Shown here piece after piece: positions 50,791-59,636 of a stretch of 64,000 nucleotides of DNA (position 1 is its first letter; each line of letters starts with the position of its first letter). Made by a program: the position numbers and the translations under genes. The notes under the pieces were generated by a model. The model saw only the letters and a list, made by a program, of their open reading frames with translations. It was not told the origin of the DNA and ran no database searches. Source of the stretch: Clostridia bacterium. Its GTDB lineage: Bacteria; Bacillota; Clostridia; RGIG6154. The stretch spans positions 88,801 through 152,800 of the forward strand of contig JAZNOU010000002.1 in NCBI GenBank assembly GCA_045589295.1, in the 5' to 3' direction.

Positions 50791-50931
50791 TTTACTTTTA
50801 CAATGGCCCTTGCAATTTTTAGCATAAGGACAGCCTATACATTTAGCTCCCTTTTTCTTTTGAGTTATTATGTAGTAAATTGCGGAGCCTAAAATAAGCA
50901 TTAAAATAATTAAAACAATAATATTTTTCAT
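50788..50931 (-). CDS. FeoB-associated Cys-rich small membrane protein (47 aa: TM helix plus CIGCPYAKNCKGHC), not in the ORF track
   Basis: Reverse-strand ORF MKNIIVLIILMLILGSAIYYIITQKKKGAKCIGCPYAKNCKGHCKSK; ATGA overlap with the feoB stop (translational coupling). Confidence 0.7.
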   Translation of the reverse strand: MKNIIVLIILMLILGSAIYYIITQKKKGAKCIGCPYAKNCKGHCKSK

Positions 50932-52898
50932 ACTCTCTCCTTGTTTGTTTTAGTTAAATAGATAACAATAAGAACCATAGAAAGAACTGAAATTAAACCA
51001 GGTATAAAACCAACCCCCAAAGTGCCTAGTTCGAAAATCGAACCAATCTGGTACACTAAAAATGCAATTGTATAACCAAATCCAAACTGGAGCATTATTC
51101 CGCCCAAAAGCCACTTTGGGCTTTTCATTTCGGCATTCATAGCGCCGATTGCTGCAAAGCAAGGGGGAGTAAACAGGTTAAACATAAGGCAAGCAAGAGC
51201 AGCGGCTTTTGTAATGCCTAAAATAGTAGCAACTTCGTTAGCACCGCCTACTAATGCAAGTTCTTCTGTGTCAATAAAATTAGAAATTGCATAAACTGAT
51301 GCGAGTGTACCAACTACATTTTCTTTTGCAATAAAACCTGTAATAGCAGCTGCAGCCATTTGCCATACACCAAAGCCCAAAGGGATTAAAAGTACGGCAA
51401 CAGGTGATGCGATGGTTGCAAGAATAGAAGTGCTTTCCATTCCTTCTTCTACCAATTGAAAACTCCAGTTATAGCTTTGCATAATTGTAACAGCTGCATT
51501 GCAAATTAAAATAACTGTTCCCGCTTTTACAATGTATGCCCAACCTCGTGAACACATTGACTTAAATGCAAGTGTTAAGCTTGGAATTTTATATTCGGGA
51601 AGTTCAATTATAAAGAATGATTTTTTAGGGTTATGACCTGTAATTTTATTAACTAAAAGAGCACCAAAGAAAATGAGGAAAATACCTACAAAATACATAA
51701 TTGTACCAACCCACTCATTTCCGCCGAAAAATACTCCTGCAAAAAGTGCAATAACAGGAAGTTTGGCTCCGCAGGGCATAAAGGGGGTGAGCATTGCAGT
51801 TGCTCGTCGTTCTCTTTCGTTTCTGATTGTGCGTGATGCCATAATTCCGGGGATTGAGCAACCGGTACCAACAACGAAAGGGATAACGGATTTACCTGAA
51901 AGACCTACTTTTTTGAAAATCGGGTCTAAAACAATTGTAGCACGTGCCATATACCCTAAGTCTTCTAACAGTGCAATGAAAAAGTACATAACCATAACAA
52001 GTGGCAAAAAGCCCACTACTGCACTTACACCGCCCACTATTCCGTCAACTACGATTGTTTGCAGTATGGGGGCAGTGCCATCCATCCAAACCTTTACAAA
52101 TTCTCCGAATTTGTCGATTATAGGACAAAGTATACTTTCGGCAAGCCAAGGACCTAAGGATGCCTGTGATACCCAGAAAACAAACCACATTACAATGCCA
52201 AAAACTAAAAGTCCTACAAACGGGTTTGACAAAACCTTGTCAATCTTGTCCTGAGTGTTGATTACTTGTGACAAAATTTTCTTCGTTTCTACAACCGTTA
52301 CAATTTCGTTTACAAATTTAAATCTGTTTCTGTCATCTGCTTCAACTACAGATTTGTCTGTTAAATCAATGTCACCCTGAACGTAAGGGGGAATAACTTT
52401 TGTGCCTTTTAATGAAACGGCAGCATCAATTACTGATTTTAAACCTTTTTTGTTTGTTGAAATGGTTTCTATGACAGGACATCCTAGCTTTTTGGAAAGT
52501 ACATATATGTCGATTACAGTTTCTTTCTTTTCATTTATGTCGCTTTTGTTTAATGCCACAACAACAGGAACACCAAGTTCTAAAAGCTGTGTTGTGAAAA
52601 ACAGGCTTCTGGCCAAATTTGTGGCATCTACTATATTTATAATAACATCGGGATTTTCATTTTTTATGTACGTACTTGTAACGCTTTCTTCAGATGTGAA
52701 AGGGGACATAGAGTACGCGCCCGGAAGGTCAACTGCAATTATTTCTTCCTTTAAAGAATGGTAGTATTTTTTTATTTTATTTTCACGCTTGTCAACAGTA
52801 ACACCCGCCCAGTTTCCCACACGTTCGCTTTTGCCTGTTAAAGCATTATACATAGTGGTTTTACCGCTGTTCGGGTTGCCTGCTAATGCAATTCTCAT
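50928..52898 (-). CDS. feoB: Ferrous iron transporter FeoB (N-terminal G-domain plus polytopic membrane domain)
   Basis: GNPNSGKTT G1 motif, DLPG, NKSD; 656 aa. Confidence 0.95.
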   Translation of the reverse strand: MRIALAGNPNSGKTTMYNALTGKSERVGNWAGVTVDKRENKIKKYYHSLKEEIIAVDLPGAYSMSPFTSEESVTSTYIKNENPDVIINIVDATNLARSLFFTTQLLELGVPVVVALNKSDINEKKETVIDIYVLSKKLGCPVIETISTNKKGLKSVIDAAVSLKGTKVIPPYVQGDIDLTDKSVVEADDRNRFKFVNEIVTVVETKKILSQVINTQDKIDKVLSNPFVGLLVFGIVMWFVFWVSQASLGPWLAESILCPIIDKFGEFVKVWMDGTAPILQTIVVDGIVGGVSAVVGFLPLVMVMYFFIALLEDLGYMARATIVLDPIFKKVGLSGKSVIPFVVGTGCSIPGIMASRTIRNERERRATAMLTPFMPCGAKLPVIALFAGVFFGGNEWVGTIMYFVGIFLIFFGALLVNKITGHNPKKSFFIIELPEYKIPSLTLAFKSMCSRGWAYIVKAGTVILICNAAVTIMQSYNWSFQLVEEGMESTSILATIASPVAVLLIPLGFGVWQMAAAAITGFIAKENVVGTLASVYAISNFIDTEELALVGGANEVATILGITKAAALACLMFNLFTPPCFAAIGAMNAEMKSPKWLLGGIMLQFGFGYTIAFLVYQIGSIFELGTLGVGFIPGLISVLSMVLIVIYLTKTNKERV

Positions 52899-52915
52899 AT
52901 TCGTCCTCCTTTGTT

Positions 52916-52933
52916 AGTTAGCATTGGCTAACT
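52916..52933. promoter_or_regulatory. Perfect palindrome AGTTAGC-ATTG-GCTAACT in the feoA-feoB spacer; candidate metalloregulator (DtxR-family) operator
   Basis: Seen directly; resembles GTTAG/CTAAC half-sites of DtxR/IdeR boxes. Confidence 0.45.
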
Positions 52934-52977
52934 GTACATTAAAATATATACGGCTACACTTTCAAAAAGAGTGCCGT

Positions 52978-53190
52978 TTATATTTTAATAGCTTTAGCTA
53001 ATTGGTTATCTATGTTATATCTTGAGTCTTTTATAGCTATAATACATCCACCTATTACACGATTGATAACGGTAACAGTTTCACCGCTGTAACAGCCTAA
53101 TGTAAAAAGGAACGCATTTAATTCCTCATCATCTGTTTTAATATCTTTAATTATGTATTGTTTGCCAATCTGAGCTTCGGTTAAATTCAT
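52978..53190 (-). CDS. feoA: Ferrous iron transport protein FeoA
   Basis: 70 aa SH3-like FeoA sequence. Confidence 0.9.
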   Translation of the reverse strand: MNLTEAQIGKQYIIKDIKTDDEELNAFLFTLGCYSGETVTVINRVIGGCIIAIKDSRYNIDNQLAKAIKI

Positions 53191-53213
53191 TTTGAACCTC
53201 TTTCTAAATAGAT

Positions 53214-53266
53214 AAGTTAGTCTTTGCTAACCAAGGTATTTTAACATTAAAAAAACGGCTTGTCAA
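53214..53266 (-). promoter_or_regulatory. feoA promoter (minus strand TTGACA-17-TAAAAT at 53238-53266) with a GTTAG-N6-CTAAC palindrome (53216-53231) overlapping the predicted transcription start
   Basis: Read on the reverse complement; operator-over-+1 geometry typical of a repressor. Confidence 0.5.
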
Positions 53267-53352
53267 TACTTTTTGGTAAAAAAATGAAATTTTTGACAAA
53301 TAAATGTTTCTGTGGTAAAATATTTATATATTAAATTTATGAGGTAAGAGCA

Positions 53353-53724
53353 ATGATTATTAAAGAATCAGCAGAGAATTATCTGGAAACTATATACGTT
53401 TTAAATAAAAAAAATGGATTTGTGAGAAGTATTGATATTGCAAATGAGCTGGGTTTTTCAAAACCAAGCATTTCAGTTGCGATGAAAGGATTTCGTGAAG
53501 ACGGATATATCCTTGTGGCACCAGATGGTAAGATAACATTAACTGAAAAGGGTATTTTAGTAGCAGAAAGAGTTTACGAGCGACACCAGATAATTGCAAA
53601 AGCACTCATTGCTTTGGGAGTCAGCGAACAGACTGCGTTTGAGGATAGTTGTAAGTTAGAACACGATTTAAGTGATGAAAGCTTTGATAGAATAAAAGAG
53701 CATTTTGAAAAATTTAATAAATAA
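53353..53724 (+). CDS. DtxR/MntR-family metal-dependent transcriptional regulator
   Basis: 123 aa; N-terminal DtxR-type wHTH plus metal-binding/dimerisation helices; divergent from feoAB. Confidence 0.85.
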   Translation: MIIKESAENYLETIYVLNKKNGFVRSIDIANELGFSKPSISVAMKGFREDGYILVAPDGKITLTEKGILVAERVYERHQIIAKALIALGVSEQTAFEDSCKLEHDLSDESFDRIKEHFEKFNK

Positions 53725-53725
53725 A

Positions 53726-53756
53726 AAAAGCAAGCCTTTACGGGCTTGCTTTTTTA
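53726..53756. terminator. Terminator hairpin (AAAGCAAGCC-tttac-GGGCTTGCTTTTTT) after the DtxR-family gene, abutting the tRNA 3' end
   Basis: Inverted repeat with a U-tract. Confidence 0.8.
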
Positions 53757-53832
53757 TGGAGCTGGTAATGCGACTTGAACGCACGACCCCTTCATTACGA
53801 GTGAAGTGCTCTACCGACTGAGCTATACCAGC
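53757..53832 (-). tRNA. tRNA-Thr (anticodon CGT)
   Basis: Minus-strand cloverleaf GCTGGTA...CTTCA-CTCGTAA-TGAAG...TACCAGC-T-CCA; GTTCAAGTC T-loop; encoded CCA. Confidence 0.85.
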
Positions 53833-53939
53833 ATATAAGCAAAAAGCTTTAAAGATTAAATAACGGTTTTCACTAAAAGTGAAAACCGCAACACGCAATC
53901 GGTAAAGGTTAATCACTTGATTAACCTTTTAAATTTTAA

Positions 53940-54128
53940 TTACATAGCTCTTGTAACTTTTCCCGAACGCAAACATCTTGTGCAAACGTTAACAGTTTTT
54001 TTAGTGCCGTTAACAACAGCTTTAACCTTTCTGATGTTGGGTTTCCAAGCTCTGTTTGTTCTGATGTGTGAGTGAGAAATATTTATACCGAATACAACGC
54101 CTTTTCCGCAGATATCGCATTTTGCCAT
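53940..54128 (-). CDS. rpmB: 50S ribosomal protein L28
   Basis: 62 aa MAKCDICGKG... canonical L28. Confidence 0.93.
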   Translation of the reverse strand: MAKCDICGKGVVFGINISHSHIRTNRAWKPNIRKVKAVVNGTKKTVNVCTRCLRSGKVTRAM

Positions 54129-54309
54129 GTATGATACACCTCCTTGAAAATCCGTACTAAATCAAAGTACAACATATTGTAACACAAAAAAATGTAAAAT
54201 GCAAGTAATTTTTTATTTTTTGTTAAATTTTTTCTTCAAAAACCTCAAAGGTTGATTTTAAAGCGGTAATATGATACACTTTAAGGCATTAAATTTGTTG
54301 GAGTTTGGT

Positions 54310-56619
54310 ATGAAAAAAAGGTATTTATGTGTCTTTGTATGCGCGTTTGCTACGGGTATTTTAGCTTTCGGGTTACCTTTTAAAATATTTTGGGCTGTTT
54401 TCTCGCTTATATTTTTAGCGGGAATGTTTTTGTTGATTAAAAATAAAAAAATATATATTTTTATTTTGTCTTTAATTTTTTTAATTGGTGGAATTTACGG
54501 TGATTTTACTCAAAATGCATATAAGAACTCACCTCTTTATGAATATACAAAGATTCCGTGCAGCGGCAAGATGTTTGTTAAGGCAATTGAAACAAAACAT
54601 GAAGACTATGTAACGGTAAATGCGGTTGTTACTGAGGTGGAGGGTAAAAAGATAAATGAAAAAGTGCTTTTTACCATTTTGGGGATAAATGATGTAAGAG
54701 TAAACAGTGTAATACATTTTAATGATATAAATTTTAAAATCCCTGACAGAGAAAGGAACAGAGGGGGATTTAATTACAACAAGTATTTAAAATCAAAAGG
54801 AATTTATTTCACGGCAAGTGCATCAAAAACTGATTTGAGAGCCAGTGGAAGTGACGGGTTCATTATTTTAAGAAAATTAAGGACATTTAAGCAAAAACTT
54901 GCGTATCGGAGCGAGGAGGTATTTAAAGACAGTTCGGCTAAAGAAATAATGCCTGCAATACTTGTAGGTAATGACGTTTTAATCTCAAAGCAGGTTGATG
55001 GCCTGTTTAAGCAGGCAGGTATAACACACATTCTGGTAGCATCGGGGATGCACGTTATGGTAGTTATGCTTTTATGTGCTCTGATTTTGTATCCATTGAG
55101 AAGGTTCAGGTTTATTTATTATACAGTTTCTTGTTTGTGTCTTATTACATTTGCAGGCATTGTTGGAATGCATCCGTCAATAGTACGTGCAACAATAGCA
55201 TACTTTATGTATCTTATTGCAAGAAATACATTAAAGAGTGCAGATAGCTTAACAATTCTTTTTACAACAGCGCTTGTTATTCTTATTATCAATCCTATGA
55301 GCATTTATAACACAAGCTTTCTTTTGTCATTTGGGGCGGTGTTTGGTATTTTAACATTTACCGAGCACATTAAAAGGCGTATAAAATGGTGCCTGTATGT
55401 GCCGTCGGGATTGGTTTCGTTAATAGAATTTTTGCCAATAAAAACAGCTGTTGTTGTAAAACGTGTTGTCTTTTCGATATACAATACAGCGGTTAGTGCA
55501 ATGGCGGTGTCGGCTGCTGCACAAATAGGAATACTGCCTATTATGCTGGGTACTTTCAAATCAACAGCTGTACTTTCTATATTTGTAAACATAGTAATAT
55601 CATTTGCAATACCATTTTTGTATGCTTTTGGTATAGCGGCGCTTATTTTTAACATACAGCCTTTCGTAGCTTTGACTGAGTTTTTGTGTGATTTGTTTGT
55701 AAAGGGGGCACAGATCACTGCAAGCATTCCAGGGAACAATGTTAGTGTTGCGTCGTCTTATTTAATAATTGCAGTGACAGTTTTGTTTGTTGTTATATTT
55801 CTCTTAAGATGTAAAACCAAATGGACCGAAAAACTGTTTGAACCCTTAATTTTTGTATGTTTAATTGTTGCGCTGTTGGGCAACGCGTTTTATGGATATA
55901 TTCCTAAAGATAAGGTGAATGTTACCTTTTTAAATGTTGAACAGGGTGATTGTGCAATAATAAGACTTCATAATAAAAAGACAGTTATAGTCGATACGGG
56001 AACTGAAAAAATGTGCAGTCAGGAAGTAATAGAATTTTTGACAAGAGAGGGAATAGATAACATTTGTGCTTTGATAATTTCTCACGATGATAGTGATCAT
56101 TCAGGAGGAATAGAGTTGCTTTGTGATTATATGAATGTTGAAAAAGTAATCACAAGTGAATTTTGCAAGACCGATACACAAACTACCATAGTGAAAAAAG
56201 GAGACACATTTGATATAGAGGGAGCAAAATTTACTGTTTTAAGTCCAGGGGAACAAATGTATGAAAATGAAAACGAGTCATCTTTAGTTGTAAGAATGGA
56301 TTTTGGTGAAAGTTCTTTTTTGTTTACAGGTGATATAGGTCAAGAAACTGAAAAAACTATTGAAAATGTTGACGTTGATGTTTTAAAGGTTTCACATCAC
56401 GGCTCAAAAAATTCAAGTGCCAAAGAGTTTGTGGATAGAGTTTCGCCTTTGTATTCGGTTGTTTCAGTCAGCAAGAGTAACAGCTATGGGCATCCGGATA
56501 ATGGCGTGTTAAAACGACTTAAAGCAAGTGGAAGTGAAGTTTTGAGGACAGACGAGGATTTTACAATAACATTTGTGGCGGACTTAAACGGCGAATTTAA
56601 ATTGACAAAAGGGCTTTAA
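54310..56619 (+). CDS. comEC: DNA internalisation competence protein ComEC/Rec2 (membrane competence domain plus C-terminal metallo-beta-lactamase domain)
   Basis: Polytopic N-terminal/competence domain; C-terminal HDDSDHSGG MBL motif; TGGAG RBS before ATG 54310. Confidence 0.88.
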   Translation: MKKRYLCVFVCAFATGILAFGLPFKIFWAVFSLIFLAGMFLLIKNKKIYIFILSLIFLIGGIYGDFTQNAYKNSPLYEYTKIPCSGKMFVKAIETKHEDYVTVNAVVTEVEGKKINEKVLFTILGINDVRVNSVIHFNDINFKIPDRERNRGGFNYNKYLKSKGIYFTASASKTDLRASGSDGFIILRKLRTFKQKLAYRSEEVFKDSSAKEIMPAILVGNDVLISKQVDGLFKQAGITHILVASGMHVMVVMLLCALILYPLRRFRFIYYTVSCLCLITFAGIVGMHPSIVRATIAYFMYLIARNTLKSADSLTILFTTALVILIINPMSIYNTSFLLSFGAVFGILTFTEHIKRRIKWCLYVPSGLVSLIEFLPIKTAVVVKRVVFSIYNTAVSAMAVSAAAQIGILPIMLGTFKSTAVLSIFVNIVISFAIPFLYAFGIAALIFNIQPFVALTEFLCDLFVKGAQITASIPGNNVSVASSYLIIAVTVLFVVIFLLRCKTKWTEKLFEPLIFVCLIVALLGNAFYGYIPKDKVNVTFLNVEQGDCAIIRLHNKKTVIVDTGTEKMCSQEVIEFLTREGIDNICALIISHDDSDHSGGIELLCDYMNVEKVITSEFCKTDTQTTIVKKGDTFDIEGAKFTVLSPGEQMYENENESSLVVRMDFGESSFLFTGDIGQETEKTIENVDVDVLKVSHHGSKNSSAKEFVDRVSPLYSVVSVSKSNSYGHPDNGVLKRLKASGSEVLRTDEDFTITFVADLNGEFKLTKGL

Positions 56620-56650
56620 AGCAATATAATTAACATCAGGAAGTGATTTT

Positions 56651-57568
56651 GTGAATATCTATAAAAATATATTAGAGTTAATAGGAAAAACACCGCTAAT
56701 GGAACTTTCTAAGTTTAATGAAACAGAGGCGACAATTCTTGCAAAGCTTGAATATTTTAATCCTGCAGGAAGCGTTAAAGACAGAGTGGCTTTAAAAATG
56801 ATAGAAGATGCAGAAAAACAGGGGCTTTTAAAAGAAGGCTCAGTAATAATTGAACCTACAAGCGGAAACACAGGCATAGGGCTTGCTGCTGTTGCGGCAT
56901 ATAAAGGATACAAAGTTATACTTACAATGCCTGAAACAATGAGCATTGAACGAAGGAAGCTTCTTTTAGCTTATGGTGCAGAAATTGTTTTGACGGATGG
57001 TTCAAAGGGAATGAATGGTGCTATAGAAAAAGCCAGAGAGCTTGCAGAAACAATTTCGGGAAGTTTTATAACGGGTCAGTTTGTAAATCCCTCAAATCCT
57101 GAGGCACACAAACAAACGACAGGTCCTGAAATTTGGGAAGACACTAACGGAAAGGTTGACATTTTTATTGCAGGAGTAGGAACCGGCGGAACTATCACGG
57201 GCGTTGGAGAATATCTTAAGTCCAAAAATCCCGACATAAAGGTTGTCGCGGTAGAACCTTTTGACTCACCCTACCTGTCAGAAGGAAAGAGTGGGGCACA
57301 TTCACTTCAGGGGATAGGTGCAGGGTTTGTTCCTGAGATTTTAAATACAGATGTGTATGATGAAATTGTGACAGTAAAAACCGATGAAGCATATGAAATG
57401 AGTAAAAAACTTGCAAAAACCGAGGGCGTTTTAGTTGGGATTACTTCGGGGGCGGCACTTTATGCAGCACAAAAGATAGCAAAAAGAGATGAGAACAAGG
57501 GCAAGGTAATAGTTGCACTTTTGCCTGATACGGGTGACAGGTACCTTTCTACAACAATGTTTGATTAA
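56651..57568 (+). CDS. cysK: Cysteine synthase A (second cysK paralog; GTG start)
   Basis: PLP-Lys motif AGSVKDRVAL and GVGTGGTITG loop; 305 aa. Confidence 0.88.
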   Translation: MNIYKNILELIGKTPLMELSKFNETEATILAKLEYFNPAGSVKDRVALKMIEDAEKQGLLKEGSVIIEPTSGNTGIGLAAVAAYKGYKVILTMPETMSIERRKLLLAYGAEIVLTDGSKGMNGAIEKARELAETISGSFITGQFVNPSNPEAHKQTTGPEIWEDTNGKVDIFIAGVGTGGTITGVGEYLKSKNPDIKVVAVEPFDSPYLSEGKSGAHSLQGIGAGFVPEILNTDVYDEIVTVKTDEAYEMSKKLAKTEGVLVGITSGAALYAAQKIAKRDENKGKVIVALLPDTGDRYLSTTMFD

Positions 57569-57616
57569 AAATTACATTTCTTGACTTTATACTTGGTGTG
57601 TGGTAAAATTAAAGTG

Positions 57617-58333
57617 ATGAAAGGTGGCGATAGCTTGAACAAGAAAATTCTTGTAGTTGATGATGAACAGGCGATTGTCGACATTTTAAAATTTAACCTT
57701 GAAAGAGAAGGTTATGAGGTAATCGAGTGCTATGACGGAAGTGCGGGTTATGAAGCGGCACTTAAAGAAAATCCCGACCTTATTCTGCTTGATGTTATGC
57801 TTCCTGAGATGGACGGGTTTGAGGTGTGCAGAAAATTAAGAAACGAAATTTCAACACCTATTATTATGATTACAGCCAGAACAGAAGAAATTGATAAGGT
57901 TTTAGGTTTGGAACTGGGCGCAGATGACTATATAACAAAGCCTTTTGGTGTAAGGGAGCTTATGGCACGTGTTAAAGCTAACTTAAGAAGAACAGTTGTT
58001 GTTCCCCAAAATGCAAGCGATGAAAATACTTTAACATTTGGTGAACTTAAAATCGATTTTGAAAGCTATGAAGTAAAAAAAGGTGATAACATCTTGGAAC
58101 TTACTACAAGAGAATTTGAGCTTTTGAAATTTTTATCTGCAATTCCCGGCAAAATTGTATCCAGAGAAACGCTTTTGGAAAAGGTGTGGGGATATGAATA
58201 TTACGGCGACGGAAGAACGGTAGATGTTACTGTAAGACGTCTTCGCGAAAAGCTTGAGGAAAATCCGGCAGAGCCTCAGTACATAGTTACAAAGCGTGGA
58301 GTTGGCTATTATTTTAACAAGCAACCAAAATAA
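57617..58333 (+). CDS. OmpR/PhoB-family response regulator (REC plus winged-helix), orphan: no adjacent histidine kinase
   Basis: KKILVVDDE ... LDVMLPEMDGF ... C-terminal trans_reg_C; start ambiguous (ATG 57617, or TTG 57635 with an AAAGGTGG RBS). Confidence 0.85.
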   Translation: MKGGDSLNKKILVVDDEQAIVDILKFNLEREGYEVIECYDGSAGYEAALKENPDLILLDVMLPEMDGFEVCRKLRNEISTPIIMITARTEEIDKVLGLELGADDYITKPFGVRELMARVKANLRRTVVVPQNASDENTLTFGELKIDFESYEVKKGDNILELTTREFELLKFLSAIPGKIVSRETLLEKVWGYEYYGDGRTVDVTVRRLREKLEENPAEPQYIVTKRGVGYYFNKQPK

Positions 58334-58415
58334 AAATTAATTTTTTGAATAAAAGCTTGACATTTCACATAATATATGATATACTTACAAAGCTGTGAAA
58401 AGCAAGCTTATATAT

Positions 58416-58492
<77 letters not shown>

Positions 58493-58544
58493 TAAAAAGC
58501 GACTTGTTTCGACAAGTCGTTTTTTCAATGAAATACAAAGGGGA

Positions 58545-59081
58545 GTGGACAACATTATTATATTAGCGCAGATTGTAGGCATTGTTGCTGTAGCAACATT
58601 TATTTTAAGCTACCAGCTTAAAAAAAGAAAAAGTATTATTTTGGTTAATGGAATATCAAGCGTTTTGTATGTTTTACAGTATGCAATGCTCGGAGCCTTT
58701 GAGGGTGCTACACTTGATATACTTTCAACCATTTCAACATTTGCTGCACACAATAAAGATAAAGGTTTTATCTCAAAACATACTAAACTGGTTATTGTAC
58801 TTATCAACTTGTTAATGCTTATCTCAGGACTTGCTTTATACAAAAACATATACAGCCTTTGCCCTGTATTTGGAGCAATACTTCAGACAAGTGCCTTTTG
58901 GATATCTGATGAAAGAAAAATAAGAATTGTTTCTTTCCTTGGAGCACCGTTTTGGCTTGTATATAATTTGGTTAGCATGGCATACGGCTCTGCTATAGGA
59001 AGTATGTTAAGCATTATTTCCATAGGGACCGCAATTTTAAGATATGATATTTTACCAAACAGAAATAAAAAAGGAATGTAA
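58545..59081 (+). CDS. Inner-membrane protein, YgjV-like family
   Basis: 178 aa, about six TM helices; weak family assignment. Confidence 0.55.
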   Translation: MDNIIILAQIVGIVAVATFILSYQLKKRKSIILVNGISSVLYVLQYAMLGAFEGATLDILSTISTFAAHNKDKGFISKHTKLVIVLINLLMLISGLALYKNIYSLCPVFGAILQTSAFWISDERKIRIVSFLGAPFWLVYNLVSMAYGSAIGSMLSIISIGTAILRYDILPNRNKKGM

Positions 59082-59108
59082 AATTATTTACATTCCTTTT
59101 TTATTTGT

Positions 59109-59447
59109 TTATTTCTTAAACATAAAGAATACTGCGCCTAAAATACATAAAAATGCGAAAAAATAGTTGATTGTAAACTTTTCCTTTAAGTAAAGTACAG
59201 AAAAAATTGAAAATACCGTGAGAGAAATTACTTCCTGAATAACTTTAAGCTGTGCGGCGGTAAAGTAGTTACTGCCTAAACGATTTGCGGGAACCTGGAA
59301 TATGTACTCAAAAAATGCAAGCCCCCAGCTTACAAGTATAACTGCCCACAGCGCCGTGCTTTTGAACTTAAGATGTCCATACCATGCGAAAGTCATAAAT
59401 ACGTTTGAAATAACCAAAAGCCCTATTGGCATAAGAGATTGCAACAT
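59109..59447 (-). CDS. Small DMT-superfamily membrane protein (DUF486/EamA-like half-transporter)
   Basis: 112 aa, four TM helices. Confidence 0.55.
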   Translation of the reverse strand: MLQSLMPIGLLVISNVFMTFAWYGHLKFKSTALWAVILVSWGLAFFEYIFQVPANRLGSNYFTAAQLKVIQEVISLTVFSIFSVLYLKEKFTINYFFAFLCILGAVFFMFKK

Positions 59448-59636
59448 TAAAATTCCACCTTTTTGTTAAAATTCTTTGTTAATTATACAATACTTTACTT
59501 AAAAAATCAATAAAAAGTAAAATCTTGATTAAAGATATGTTTTATGATAAAATTATTTATCAGAAGTTTTAAGATGCGCTGTGACAAGCAAGATATAAAA
59601 TACATTAAAGGCACGATAAGAAAACGAGGTAGTAAT

